A DNA stretch of 64,000 nt from NCBI RefSeq assembly GCF_032116555.1, contig NZ_CP134949.1, positions 1,550,001 through 1,614,000 of the forward strand. The letters are read 5' to 3'. Positions 42,537 through 52,455 of this stretch are shown here, piece after piece (the stretch's first letter is position 1; the number at the start of each line of letters is the position of its first letter). Position numbers and translations under genes: made by a program. This stretch comes from Halorarum halobium. GTDB lineage: Archaea > Halobacteriota > Halobacteria > Halobacteriales > Haloferacaceae. The notes under the pieces are model-generated. The model saw nothing but the letters and a program-made list of their open reading frames with translations. It did no database searches and was not told the DNA's origin.

Positions 42537-42977
42537 ATGGGGCTGTACGAGCGCATCCTGGTTCCGACGGACGGCTCGGACGGCGTCGAACGCGCCATCC
42601 AGCACGCGGTCGATCTCGCCGTGGACCACGGCGCGACCCTCCACGCGCTCTACGTCGTCAACTCCGCGTCCTACGCAGGCATGCCGATGGAGTCCTCCTG
42701 GGAGGGGATCGACGACATGCTACGGGCCGACGCCGAGGACGCCGTCTCGATGGTGGAGGCGGTCGCCGACGACTTCGACGTGCCGGTCGAGACGGCGATC
42801 CTCGACGGGAGCCCCAGCAAGGAGATCGTCCGCTACGCCGAATCCGAGGGCTGTGACCTCGTCGTCATGGGGACCCACGGCCGCGGCGGCATCGATCGAC
42901 TGTTGCTCGGCAGCGTGGCCGAGAAGGTCGTCCGTAGCTCGTCGGTCCCCGTCCTGACGGTCCGGGTCGACGGCTGA
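42537..42977 (+). CDS. usp: Universal stress protein
   Basis: ILVPTDGS, MGTHGR, LGSVAEKV. Confidence 0.95.
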   Translation: MGLYERILVPTDGSDGVERAIQHAVDLAVDHGATLHALYVVNSASYAGMPMESSWEGIDDMLRADAEDAVSMVEAVADDFDVPVETAILDGSPSKEIVRYAESEGCDLVVMGTHGRGGIDRLLLGSVAEKVVRSSSVPVLTVRVDG

Positions 42978-42992
42978 GTCTCGGACCGGCCA

Positions 42993-43961
42993 TCAGCTTC
43001 CGGCCGGCCGGAGATGCTCGCAGTCGCCCGCCGTCACCCGGACCTCGCCGTCCTCCGTTTCGACGACGAGCGTGCCCGGGAAGGCGACGTCGACCGCTTC
43101 CCCCTCGATGACACCGCCGGGCGTCTCCACTCTCACGTGCCGTCCGAGCGTGACGGCGTGCTCCCGCCAGGCCGGCATGACGGCCGCCGGATCGGTCGTC
43201 AGCGCCTCGAACTCCTCGAGCACGCGCTGGACCAGGACTCGCCTGTCGACGTCGCTCCCGAGTTCCGTCGAGAGGCTCGTCGCGGCAGCGTCGGCAGGGA
43301 GCGCGTCGGGGTCGACGTTCGCGTTCAGGCCGATGCCGACGACGAGCCACGAGACGCGGTCCGCCTCGCCGCTCATCTCGGTCAGGATGCCACAGAGCTT
43401 CCTGCCGCCTCGCGCCTCCGGACCGGGAACCAGCACGTCGTTGGGCCACTTGATCCGGGCGTCGACGCCGGCCTCGCGGCAGGCTCTCGTGACGGCGACG
43501 GCGGCGGCGAGGGTGAACGCCGGCGCGTGTGCGGGCGGGACGTCCGGTCTGACCGCCAGCGAGAGCCAGACGCCGCCCGCGGGGGACCGCCACTCACGGT
43601 CGAGGCGTCCGCGGGACGCCGTCTGCTCCTCGGCCAGCACGACCACGTCGCCGTCGCCGGACGTCGCGAGCTCTCGGGCGCGGTCGTTCGTCGAGTCGAG
43701 TCGGTCGTGGAACTCGACGGCGTAGGGCGCGTCGAGCCCGAACGCGACGCCGGGCCCGTTGTACGGGGGAGCGCCGGTGACGGCGTAGCCGCCCTCCCCG
43801 CTCTCGACGTCGAACCCGGCCTCCCGGAGCGCCTCGATGTGCTTCCAGACGGCCGCACGGGAGACGTCGAGTTCGGTTGCGATCGCCGGCCCCTCGACCG
43901 GCCCGTCGGCCAGCGCGTCGAGGAGCACCCGACGCGTCGCCGGGAGTTCACCCCCCGTCAT
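42993..43961 (-). CDS. birA: Biotin--protein ligase with N-terminal HTH
   Basis: SRAAVWKHI HTH, DSTN, QTASRGR, KWPND, KLCGIL. Confidence 0.95.
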   Translation of the reverse strand: MTGGELPATRRVLLDALADGPVEGPAIATELDVSRAAVWKHIEALREAGFDVESGEGGYAVTGAPPYNGPGVAFGLDAPYAVEFHDRLDSTNDRARELATSGDGDVVVLAEEQTASRGRLDREWRSPAGGVWLSLAVRPDVPPAHAPAFTLAAAVAVTRACREAGVDARIKWPNDVLVPGPEARGGRKLCGILTEMSGEADRVSWLVVGIGLNANVDPDALPADAAATSLSTELGSDVDRRVLVQRVLEEFEALTTDPAAVMPAWREHAVTLGRHVRVETPGGVIEGEAVDVAFPGTLVVETEDGEVRVTAGDCEHLRPAGS

Positions 43962-44383
43962 CAGTCGTTCGCCGTCGCCCCCTTGCCGTCCACGGTGATG
44001 ACGGTCGCGTCGAGCTTCTCCCGGAGATACGACTCCACGTCCGGGTCGGAGAACAGTCGCTGGAGGGTCCGTCGCCACCGACTCGCCTGCTTGGCCCCGA
44101 TGACGACCATGTCGGCAGCCTCGGCGGCGACCTCGTCGAGGATCGTCTCCTCGACGAGGAACCCCTTCCGGACGACGTAGCGCGCCGAGGGAATCGACCC
44201 GAACTCCCGCTGGACTGCCCGCTTGAGGTCCGTCCACGTCACCTCGCTGCTGTTCTGGTACAGGTCGACGTGGAGGATGGTGAGCGTGGCGTCACGCTCC
44301 TCGGCGATGCGAATCGCCTCCGTGAGCGTGGCTTTCGAGTGCTTCGAGAGCGGGTACCGGACCGGAACGACCACCAGCGTCAT
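43961..44383 (-). CDS. Universal stress protein (divergent haloarchaeal type)
   Basis: Usp fold pattern, ADMVVIG; stop overlaps birA start. Confidence 0.8.
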   Translation of the reverse strand: MTLVVVPVRYPLSKHSKATLTEAIRIAEERDATLTILHVDLYQNSSEVTWTDLKRAVQREFGSIPSARYVVRKGFLVEETILDEVAAEAADMVVIGAKQASRWRRTLQRLFSDPDVESYLREKLDATVITVDGKGATAND

Positions 44384-44414
44384 TGAGTCTACTGAGTGAC
44401 CGAACGACTAAACG

Positions 44415-45863
44415 CTACTCCTCGGTCGGCTCGGTGGCGGCCGTTTCTGCCGATTCCCCGCCCGCGGTCGCCGCGGTCCCGTCCTCTTCGGTCGCGGTCG
44501 ACACCCGCGTGATCCGTCCATCCACGGTCGGGTCGAGTCCGGCGTCCCGGATGTACTCGGCCAGCGCCTCGTGCTGGATCCCGTGCTCGCCGGCCCGGTG
44601 CCGTTGCCCGATGGCGGGAAACTCGTGGTCCGAGTGGAGGATGTACTCCGGCGTCGCTACCAGATACGTCGCGTCCGGGTCGACGGACTCGCCGTCGACG
44701 CGCGCCTCCCGGAGTTCGCGCTCGGCGTCGTCCCAGACGACGCGCGCGCCGCTGACGTGGCCGTGCCACCAGTCGGGTTCGCCGAAGTCGACGACCGCGG
44801 CCGACATCTGGCGGAACGCGTCGCGGAGTTCCGCGCCGGTGACCTCGGCGGTCACGATCGGTTCCTCGAACGGGATGGTGCTGACCAGATCCGCGAGCGT
44901 CACGTCGCCGGCGAGCTCCTCGCCCAGCCGGATGCCGCCTGAGTTCTGGAGCCCCACGTCGGCATCGGCCGCGTGCCGGTAGGCGTCGGCGACGAGGTTG
45001 CCGATCCGCGACTCGCCGCCGTGAATCGTCGCCTCGGTTCGCCGGATGGGCTCGGCCGCGTGGCCGACGACCTCATCGAGGCCGGCGGACTCCATCCGCC
45101 GGCCGAGCGCGTCCGCGAGGCGGTCGTTCACGGGCCACTCGCCGGGGTCGTGTCGCCTGACCGACGCGCCGTCGTCGGTCACCTCGACTTCGAGCACGGT
45201 CCCGCCGTTGACGCCGGGCCGCGTGCAGAGGACGCCGTCGACGCGGTCGACCCGTTCGGTGTGGACGTGGCCCCCGAGGACGAGATCCACGTCGGCCCGG
45301 CGCGCGAGGTCGTCGTCGCCGCCGCCGAGATGCGACACCGCGACGACGTGGTCGACGCCCGCGGACCGGAGCGCGGTCGCCGCGCGCGCTGCCGCCTCGT
45401 AGGGGTCGGTGAAGGTGAGGTCCGCGGCCATCGGGTTGAGCGAGTCGGTCGCGGGGTCGGTGACGCCCAGGAAGCCGACGTCGACGCCGCCGACCGTCTC
45501 GACGGTCCACGGGACGACGCCCTCGGACGCCGCGAACGGCTCCTCGTCGTCGGGGTCGTCGTACACGTTCGCGCTCACCCAGGTCTGGGGGGAGTCGGCG
45601 ACGATCTCCCGCGTCGCGTCGGGGCCGAAGTCGAAGTCGTGGTTGCCGAACGTCTCGACGGCGGTGTCGACGGCGGCGAAGAAGTCCAGCGCCTGGCGAC
45701 CGCGCGCGACGAGCGCCAGGACGCCCGGCGCGGTGTCGTCGCCGGCGCCGACGACCAGCGCGTCGGGGCCGTCGAGGTCGGCGATGCAGGCGGCCAGCCG
45801 GCCCGCCCGTTCGGGGTCGTCATAGACGTTTTCGACGTCGGAGTAGTGGAGAAGGCGAACCAT
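44415..45863 (-). CDS. Bifunctional metallophosphatase/5'-nucleotidase
   Basis: HYSD, GD, GNHDFD, SHLG, GGHVH, NSGGIR. Confidence 0.92.
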   Translation of the reverse strand: MVRLLHYSDVENVYDDPERAGRLAACIADLDGPDALVVGAGDDTAPGVLALVARGRQALDFFAAVDTAVETFGNHDFDFGPDATREIVADSPQTWVSANVYDDPDDEEPFAASEGVVPWTVETVGGVDVGFLGVTDPATDSLNPMAADLTFTDPYEAAARAATALRSAGVDHVVAVSHLGGGDDDLARRADVDLVLGGHVHTERVDRVDGVLCTRPGVNGGTVLEVEVTDDGASVRRHDPGEWPVNDRLADALGRRMESAGLDEVVGHAAEPIRRTEATIHGGESRIGNLVADAYRHAADADVGLQNSGGIRLGEELAGDVTLADLVSTIPFEEPIVTAEVTGAELRDAFRQMSAAVVDFGEPDWWHGHVSGARVVWDDAERELREARVDGESVDPDATYLVATPEYILHSDHEFPAIGQRHRAGEHGIQHEALAEYIRDAGLDPTVDGRITRVSTATEEDGTAATAGGESAETAATEPTEE

Positions 45864-45983
45864 CTGGAGGTGCCCGGTCGTCCCACCGCGCGGACAAAAC
45901 GCCATCGGGACGGGACGGGGTTGCCGGTGTCGGGTCATCGCGGTTCTCGCCGTCGGGTCCCGATGCCGGCGAATCGACCCGAT

Positions 45984-47675
45984 TCAGGGGAACGGGTGGA
46001 ACGCGCGGTCCGGCCGCGGCTCGAACCCCATCGACGCCGCGACCCGCCCGAGCCGGTCACCGAAGAACGGCTCGCCCGTGAACAGCGGCTGTGCCGCCGG
46101 CACGAGCACGCGGACGCCCTCGAAGCCCAGCTTCGCCACGTCACGCGTGGTCAGCCGGGCGGCGTACGCGTCCAGCCCCGCGTCGTCGAGTCGCCCGAGC
46201 ACTGTCTCCAGTTCCGCGGTCCCGGATGCCGGCTCGCCGACGTCGCCCGCGGGAATCGTCGCGGACGGGTCGACGAACGACCGTGCCTCCCCGGGGAACT
46301 CGGCGTACGTGCCGATGGCTCCCTCCTCGTCGGCCGCCTGCTCGGTGCCCATCGCGCGCAGTTCCATCCAGTTCTGGAGCGCCTCCGCGGCCGCGTCGGC
46401 GGCGGCCGCGCCCGCGTCCAGGTCCGCCGCCGACCCCGCCGCGAACCGCGGCCAGTCCCCATCGCGGTGGACGGCGGCTCCGACCACGGGAACGTCGACG
46501 TCCTGGGTGAGCAGCAGCGGCGTGACGTCGAGGTCCTCCGCGCGAGCCCGGGATTCGACCGCCTCGAAGCGCTCGTCGGCGACCTCGAGCCCCAGCGGCT
46601 CGAACGTGGAGTACCAGGCCAGCATCGTCGCGTCCCGCTCGATCACCTCGTAGAGCCCCGACAGCACCGCCTCGACCGTCGAGTTCCCGAGTCCGAGTCC
46701 CGTCGTGATCGGCGGCTTGAACCGGGACTCGGGCGGCGGGAAGTGGACGAACTCGGCCGGGAGCGACACCTGCTCGTCGGCCCGCAGGTCGAGCCCCCGG
46801 ACCCACTCGACGTGTTCGTCCGGGTCCGGCGACGCGGCCGATTCGGGCCGGACGAAGCGGTCCACCGGGACGGCGTCGATGACGCCCTGGGTCGGCGCGG
46901 AGCGGAGCGCGTCCGTCCGATACACGCCGGCGCAGTACCGCTCCAGCGCCTCGCCGATCGCCTTCGCGTACGCGGCGTCCCAGTCGGGGGAGACGCCGGC
47001 GGCGAACTCGGCACACCGCGCGTCGGAGAACGCGGTGGTGTCGGTCGTTCGTGCGATGTAGTACGGCAGCGGGAACGACTCGCGCTCGCCCACGTCCGTG
47101 ACGACGCCGAGGCGGTCGTCCACCGCGCGATCCATGCGGTTCACCGCGTCGTCGAGGTCGACCTCGCGGTGTGTGAGTTCGAGCCCGTCCGGCGCGCTCC
47201 CGCAGTCACAGTCGGGGCTTGGGAGGAAGGAGCGTTCGTGACCGGGGACCTCGAGGACCGTCCCGCCCAGTTGCTCGCCGCCGAACCCCCGGATCGCTCG
47301 CCGCCCGGCCAGTGCTCCCGCGTACCGGACTGCGCTCCTGGTTCCACGCGGCGTCGCGTCCTCGTCGGGGACGTTCGCGCGGACGCGGTCGGAGAGGCAG
47401 TCGAAACAGCCCGATCCCTCGGAGAACGTCGAAACTGTCGCGTTGAGCCCCTCGATCGGTCGTCCCCCCATCCCCCCGACTTCGATCGCGACCCAGTCGT
47501 CGATCAGTTCGTTCGCCCGCCGGAAGCGGGCGTCGCCGGTCGTCCCCGCGACCACGGCGAACTCGAACCCGTCCAGCAGGTCGACGTCCACCTCCATCAC
47601 GTTGGCGTCGATGTCGGAGAAGGCGGCCCGCACCGCCGCCGCGGCGGGGTCGGGCCCGACGATTGCGATGTCCAT
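45984..47675 (-). CDS. Fused E1-like/YcaO protein (cyclodehydratase-type)
   Basis: N-terminal CFDC...CDC; YcaO motifs GEALERY, GLGLG, LYEVIERDA, EALQ; Pro-rich C-terminus HPFP. Confidence 0.9.
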   Translation of the reverse strand: MDIAIVGPDPAAAAVRAAFSDIDANVMEVDVDLLDGFEFAVVAGTTGDARFRRANELIDDWVAIEVGGMGGRPIEGLNATVSTFSEGSGCFDCLSDRVRANVPDEDATPRGTRSAVRYAGALAGRRAIRGFGGEQLGGTVLEVPGHERSFLPSPDCDCGSAPDGLELTHREVDLDDAVNRMDRAVDDRLGVVTDVGERESFPLPYYIARTTDTTAFSDARCAEFAAGVSPDWDAAYAKAIGEALERYCAGVYRTDALRSAPTQGVIDAVPVDRFVRPESAASPDPDEHVEWVRGLDLRADEQVSLPAEFVHFPPPESRFKPPITTGLGLGNSTVEAVLSGLYEVIERDATMLAWYSTFEPLGLEVADERFEAVESRARAEDLDVTPLLLTQDVDVPVVGAAVHRDGDWPRFAAGSAADLDAGAAAADAAAEALQNWMELRAMGTEQAADEEGAIGTYAEFPGEARSFVDPSATIPAGDVGEPASGTAELETVLGRLDDAGLDAYAARLTTRDVAKLGFEGVRVLVPAAQPLFTGEPFFGDRLGRVAASMGFEPRPDRAFHPFP

Positions 47676-47777
47676 GCGCGCCCCGTCGGGCGAAGTGGTC
47701 AAAAAGGTGGGCGTCCGTCAGGTGGCGGCTCCCGGCGTGCGGTCCGGGTGGGCGGTCGGTCGGCGGTCGGTCCGTGG

Positions 47778-48596
47778 TCAGTTCAGCATGCTGTGGGCGA
47801 CGCCGGCCAGGCTGGCCGCGTCGGCACCGCGGAGCTTCTCGTCGCCGAGCTTCAGGCGGAGGCGCGGGCGGCCGACGTCGATGGGGACCTTCTCGGTGTC
47901 GATGAGGCCCATGTCCTCGAGGCGCGTCTTCGTCCGGGAGAACGTCGCCTTCGAGGCGATGCCCACGTCCTCGCCCCACTTGCTGATGTCGTACAGCAGC
48001 ACGTCGTTTTTCGCCGCGACGAGCAGGCTGATGGTGACCTCGTCGAGCCCGTCGCCGTCGCCCCGGGCGGTTTCGAGCGACGAGAGGACCGCGTCGAAGT
48101 CGGCCTGCACGTCCTCGCCGATGTCCTCGGCGAGCGTCGAGCGGACGTGGTCGAGCGGCGGTGTCCGGAGGTTGAACGGCTCCGCCTCGGCCCACTGGTC
48201 GTGGAACGTCTCGTAGGCGTCCGCGATGAACGAGTCGTCGTCGGCCGAGAGCGCGGCGACGTGTTCGCCCGCGCGGACCAGCGCGTACAGCGAGTCCTCG
48301 CCGACCAGCAGCGTGTTGTCGGCGCCGTCCTCGAGGTTTCGGAGCGTCATGTCGCCGGCCTCGACCAGGTCGGCGGCCGCGGAGGCGACGATGAAGTCGT
48401 CCATCACGTCCTTCAGCAGCCGCTCGTCTGCCACGACGTCGAGCGCCGGCAGCTCACCGTCGTACTCCGAGCCGAGCTCCACGAGCGACGTGATCACTTC
48501 GGCCGACGGGTCGACGACCACCAGGTCGCCGTCGGTTCGTTCCAGCACCGCCCTGAGGATATCATCGGTCCCGTCTTCGAGTAAATTCGAGTCCAT
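47778..48596 (-). CDS. tbsP: Haloarchaeal transcriptional regulator TbsP (DUF5821)
   Basis: C-terminal wHTH LLYDISKWGEDVGIASKATFSRTK..LE..GLI.TEKVPIDVGRPRLRL; near glyA. Confidence 0.8.
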   Translation of the reverse strand: MDSNLLEDGTDDILRAVLERTDGDLVVVDPSAEVITSLVELGSEYDGELPALDVVADERLLKDVMDDFIVASAAADLVEAGDMTLRNLEDGADNTLLVGEDSLYALVRAGEHVAALSADDDSFIADAYETFHDQWAEAEPFNLRTPPLDHVRSTLAEDIGEDVQADFDAVLSSLETARGDGDGLDEVTISLLVAAKNDVLLYDISKWGEDVGIASKATFSRTKTRLEDMGLIDTEKVPIDVGRPRLRLKLGDEKLRGADAASLAGVAHSMLN

Positions 48597-48741
48597 GCGT
48601 ATACCTACAGAAGGATACGAGAGATATTTAATACTAACGGGGTTTCCCGGGAATCAAGCGCTCTCTCGACTGTTTCTAGGTAAATTCGCCATGATTTCAT
48701 TTGGCACAAATTACTTGGTCGAGTCCGTGGTATCGGGTGGC

Positions 48742-48927
48742 ATGGGTGGAACTGATTCGGATCGGAGCGCGCTCGGGAGCCGTGCGGTCGGCATCGTCGT
48801 CTCACATCCCCGGCTCGTGACGGCGCTGCTGGTGAGCCTCCTGCTGCTCGCCTCGGCCGACACGGCAGCCGCGTGGGACTCGTTCGTGACGACCCACGGC
48901 GAGGGGATCACGAACACCGGCCCCTAG
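48742..48927 (+). CDS. Small putative secreted peptide precursor (DUF7503-like; not called separately in ORF track)
   Basis: 61 aa: ...SHPR-LVTALLVSLLLLAS-ADTAAA|WDSFVTTHGEGITNTGP; AT-rich promoter about 30 nt upstream. Confidence 0.75.
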   Translation: MGGTDSDRSALGSRAVGIVVSHPRLVTALLVSLLLLASADTAAAWDSFVTTHGEGITNTGP

Positions 48928-50999
48928 TCGAGCAGCCGCTCCTCGATCTCTTCGCGCCAGCGGAGGTCACCGTCGTGGACGATCGGGTTCTCGGAGTAGG
49001 AGAGGAACTCTCGCAGCTCCGCGGCCGTGACCTCGTACTCCTCGGTCGTCCGCAGGAGGCTGCAGCCCTCGTCGTCCCGCAGGTGACAGTGGTGTGTCGC
49101 GCCCGGAAGCCTCGGCCCGTCGACGCAGTAGGTCACGGTGAACTCCTCGTCGCCGGGCTCGCCCGCGATCTCGGTATCCGGCGGCACCAGCGTGTCGGTC
49201 TGGGTGAGGACGTGGGTGCCGTCGCCGACGACCGCGTAGTCCTTCCCGGTCATGATGCGTCGCCGTGCGGCATCGAGCGCGCGCTCGATGGAGTAGCCGA
49301 GCGTCATCAGCCGCGCGAACGTCGTGCCGACCGTCGCGGCCTGTCCGTCGAGCACCTCGTCGAACGTGACCCCGCCCGCGACGCTCCCCTTCCGGACGAG
49401 CTGCTCGCCTTCCTCGTAGGAGCCGCACGCGTTGAGAAAGAACGTCTGGGCGTTCGACTCGGCCAGCGACTCGGCCGAGAAGTGGCCGTCCGCACAGCGG
49501 AGCCCGTCGGTCTCGCAGTGGCCGATGTAGTGGACGAGGTCGTGACGCTCCTCGAAGGTCCGGGCCAGTTCGGCGACGGTCAGGTGCTCGCGCACCTCGA
49601 TGTCAATGTTCAACTCGGTTGCCCGCTCCTCGTAGTGGTCGGCCGCGTCGTCGTACTCCTCGCGCATCGCGCTGTCGTTCAGGACGGCGACGATGGAGAT
49701 CGGCTCGCCGGCCGCGTCGAGGAACGCCGCGCGGTTCCCGTACGCCTCCGGGAGCGTCTTGAACACGTCGATGGGGACGCCGTCGGCCAGCCAGCCGTGG
49801 GTCCGACCGGGACCGAGGTTCGGGCCGACGAGGTCGACCGCGGCGACGTCGCCGGCAGCTCCCCGGTAGAACGACGAGAGCGACCTGTCGAGCCACTCGT
49901 TCTCGGCGAGTTCCTCGGCGTCCGGCAGGAACACGAACGGGAGGTCCCGGAGCAGGTGGGACAGCGTTGGAACGTGCTCGAACCGCGGTTCGACGTACAT
50001 CGAGAGGTGCCACTCGGGCAGGCGTCCCGAGACCTCCTCGAACGGGGCCGACAGGAACCGGTCGACACGCGCCGGGAGCGGCAGTTCGTACGTCGCCTCG
50101 GCGTCGATGCCGAGCGCGTCGAGGTGGGTTTCCTCGTCGAGTTCGCGGCCGTGCGGGCCCGCCGACCGGACGAGACAGTCACAGAAGAACACTCGTCTGA
50201 GGAGGTCGGCGGCCGCCGTCTGGAACAGCGGGAGCCGCGGGAACTCGTGGCGTCGCTCCGGCGTGAGAAGCGCCGGGGTGGCCCCGTCCGCGACGGTCAC
50301 GTCGGCACCGAGATACGAGGCGAGCGGGGCGGCGGTGACGAGCGACGACAGCTCCGCGGGGAGCCGGAGTTCCAGGTCGCTCGACTCCCGGCGGTCCCGG
50401 ACGCTCCGCGGGATCGACACCGCCTCGCCGAACGCGACGTCCGGCCCTCGCCCCCGCATCGACGGAAACGTGCGATCCGGGGTCGTGGTCCGGTAGCCCG
50501 TCGGGAGCACCGAAAGCGCCGTCGCGACGCCGGAGACGGTCCGCGGGACCGTGACGGTCTCCGCGTCCGTGGCGACGCTGCTGTGAAAGCCGAGCGTGAC
50601 CGGGGTCTCGCGCTCGAACGTCACGACGAGGTGTTTGTAGTCGACCCGCGACAGCGTGGCGGGTCCGTCGAACCTGAGTTCCGCCCGGATCGCGCCGCCG
50701 ATCCGGAGCACGTGACGGCCGTCGGGGACCTCCACCGACCCCGACCGGCTCGTGACAGCGAGGCCGTCGCCGTCGCCGAGCGATCGGACCGTCGCGGAGT
50801 AGGGCGGGAACGTGAGCGAGCGCGTCCGACCGGAGACGACCGTCGACGGGATGCGGGACTCCTCGACGCCGAGCGCCTCCAGCGCGGCCCCGAGCGCGGG
50901 CCCGTCCGCGTCCGGGGTCCAGCCCTCCGTCCCGACCGACAGCGTCGTCTTGGCCGCGTCGGTCGCGCGGAGCCCCCCGTCGGTCGTCTCGACCTGCAT
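48924..50999 (-). CDS. Large protein with C-terminal caspase/CHAT-like domain
   Basis: LVHYIGHC and FFLNAC match the caspase-hemoglobinase His/Cys dyad pattern; YAVVGDG; acidic 691-aa ORF. Confidence 0.7.
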   Translation of the reverse strand: MQVETTDGGLRATDAAKTTLSVGTEGWTPDADGPALGAALEALGVEESRIPSTVVSGRTRSLTFPPYSATVRSLGDGDGLAVTSRSGSVEVPDGRHVLRIGGAIRAELRFDGPATLSRVDYKHLVVTFERETPVTLGFHSSVATDAETVTVPRTVSGVATALSVLPTGYRTTTPDRTFPSMRGRGPDVAFGEAVSIPRSVRDRRESSDLELRLPAELSSLVTAAPLASYLGADVTVADGATPALLTPERRHEFPRLPLFQTAAADLLRRVFFCDCLVRSAGPHGRELDEETHLDALGIDAEATYELPLPARVDRFLSAPFEEVSGRLPEWHLSMYVEPRFEHVPTLSHLLRDLPFVFLPDAEELAENEWLDRSLSSFYRGAAGDVAAVDLVGPNLGPGRTHGWLADGVPIDVFKTLPEAYGNRAAFLDAAGEPISIVAVLNDSAMREEYDDAADHYEERATELNIDIEVREHLTVAELARTFEERHDLVHYIGHCETDGLRCADGHFSAESLAESNAQTFFLNACGSYEEGEQLVRKGSVAGGVTFDEVLDGQAATVGTTFARLMTLGYSIERALDAARRRIMTGKDYAVVGDGTHVLTQTDTLVPPDTEIAGEPGDEEFTVTYCVDGPRLPGATHHCHLRDDEGCSLLRTTEEYEVTAAELREFLSYSENPIVHDGDLRWREEIEERLLD

Positions 51000-51099
51000 C
51001 GACAGAGTCAGTGGCGGGCTGACCTGTTAAAGTGATGTCGTCGTCGCCGTATCGTCCGGGAGGGGCGGGGTTTTTGATGCTCTGCGCCGGACTCCGAAC

Positions 51100-52347
51100 A
51101 TGGAGTACCCCGAGGTCCGCGCGGTCGACCCGGAAGTCGCAGACGCCCTCGTCGGCGAGGTGGACCGACAGCGGGAGACGCTGTCGATGATCGCCTCCGA
51201 GAACCACGTGTCGAAGGCCGTCCTCGAGGCGCAGGGGAGCGCGCTGACCAACAAGTACGCCGAGGGCTATCCCGGGTCGCGCTACTACGCGGGCTGTGAG
51301 TACGCCGACGAGGTGGAGGAGCTCGCGGTCGAGCGGGCGAAGGAACTGTGGGGCGCGGAACACGTCAACGTCCAGCCCCACTCCGGGACGCAGGCGAACA
51401 TGGCCGTCTACCTGGCGATGCTCGAGGCGGGCGACCGCATCCTCTCGCTGGAACTCGACCACGGCGGTCACCTCAGCCACGGCCACCCGGCGAACTTCAC
51501 CGGACAGCTGTACGAGGTCGAACAGTACCAGGTGGACGCAGAGACGGGCTACGTCGACTACGAGGCGCTCGCGGAGCAGGCTGAGTCGTTCGACCCCGAC
51601 GTCATCGTCTCGGGCTACTCGGCGTACCCCCGCGAGGTCGAGTGGGAGCGCGTCCAGGACGTCGCCGAATCGGTCGACGCGTACCACCTCGCGGACATCG
51701 CCCACATCACCGGTCTCGTCGCCGCCGGCGTCCACGACTCGCCGGTCGGCGTCGCGGACTTCGTCACGGGGTCGACCCACAAGACCATCCGCGCGGGCCG
51801 CGGCGGCATCGTGATGACGAGCGAGGAGCACGCCGACGCCGTCGACTCGGCGGTGTTCCCCGGCGGGCAGGGTGGCCCGCTGATGCACAACATCGCCGGC
51901 AAGGCGGTCGGGTTCAAGGAAGCGCTCCGGCCCGAGTTCGAGGAGTACGCCGAGCAGGTCGTCGCCAACGCCGGGGCGCTCGCGGACTCGTTCGCCGACA
52001 ACGGCTTCGAAGTCGTCTCGGGCGGCACCGACACCCACCTCGTGCTCGTCGACCTGCGCGAGTCCCACCCGGACGTCTCCGGCGGCGACGCGGAGGACGC
52101 GCTCGCCGACGCGAACGTCGTCCTCAACGCCAACACGGTGCCGGGCGAGACTCGCTCACCGTTCGACCCGTCCGGCATCCGCGCGGGCACCCCGGGGCTC
52201 ACGACCCGCGGGTTCGACGAGGACGACCTCCGGACGGTCGGGGACCTCATCCACCGGGTCGTGGACGCGGACGGCGACGAGGCGGTCCTCGCGGACGTGC
52301 GGGACCGCGTCGCCGACCTCACGGACGCGCACCCGCTGTACGAGTAA
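51100..52347 (+). CDS. glyA: Serine hydroxymethyltransferase
   Basis: IASEN, NKYAEGYPG, GGHLSHG, STHKT. Confidence 0.97.
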   Translation: MEYPEVRAVDPEVADALVGEVDRQRETLSMIASENHVSKAVLEAQGSALTNKYAEGYPGSRYYAGCEYADEVEELAVERAKELWGAEHVNVQPHSGTQANMAVYLAMLEAGDRILSLELDHGGHLSHGHPANFTGQLYEVEQYQVDAETGYVDYEALAEQAESFDPDVIVSGYSAYPREVEWERVQDVAESVDAYHLADIAHITGLVAAGVHDSPVGVADFVTGSTHKTIRAGRGGIVMTSEEHADAVDSAVFPGGQGGPLMHNIAGKAVGFKEALRPEFEEYAEQVVANAGALADSFADNGFEVVSGGTDTHLVLVDLRESHPDVSGGDAEDALADANVVLNANTVPGETRSPFDPSGIRAGTPGLTTRGFDEDDLRTVGDLIHRVVDADGDEAVLADVRDRVADLTDAHPLYE

Positions 52348-52455
52348 GGGAGCCCACGCCGACTAACACCACGTTCTTGCATACTCCCGTCAAATTCTAG
52401 CGGTCGGTATGCACTATCCAGAGGATACTTACGGCTCGCTGCCGCCCGTCTACAC

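Noticed and set aside
44973..48584. 1203-aa plus-strand ORF and similar long ORFs (3634-6606, 14026-16089, 22625-24640, 48873-51035, 58692-60716)
   Set aside because: Antisense or off-frame shadows of real genes; Arg/Gly/Val-rich, not acidic, no motifs; expected at this GC content.
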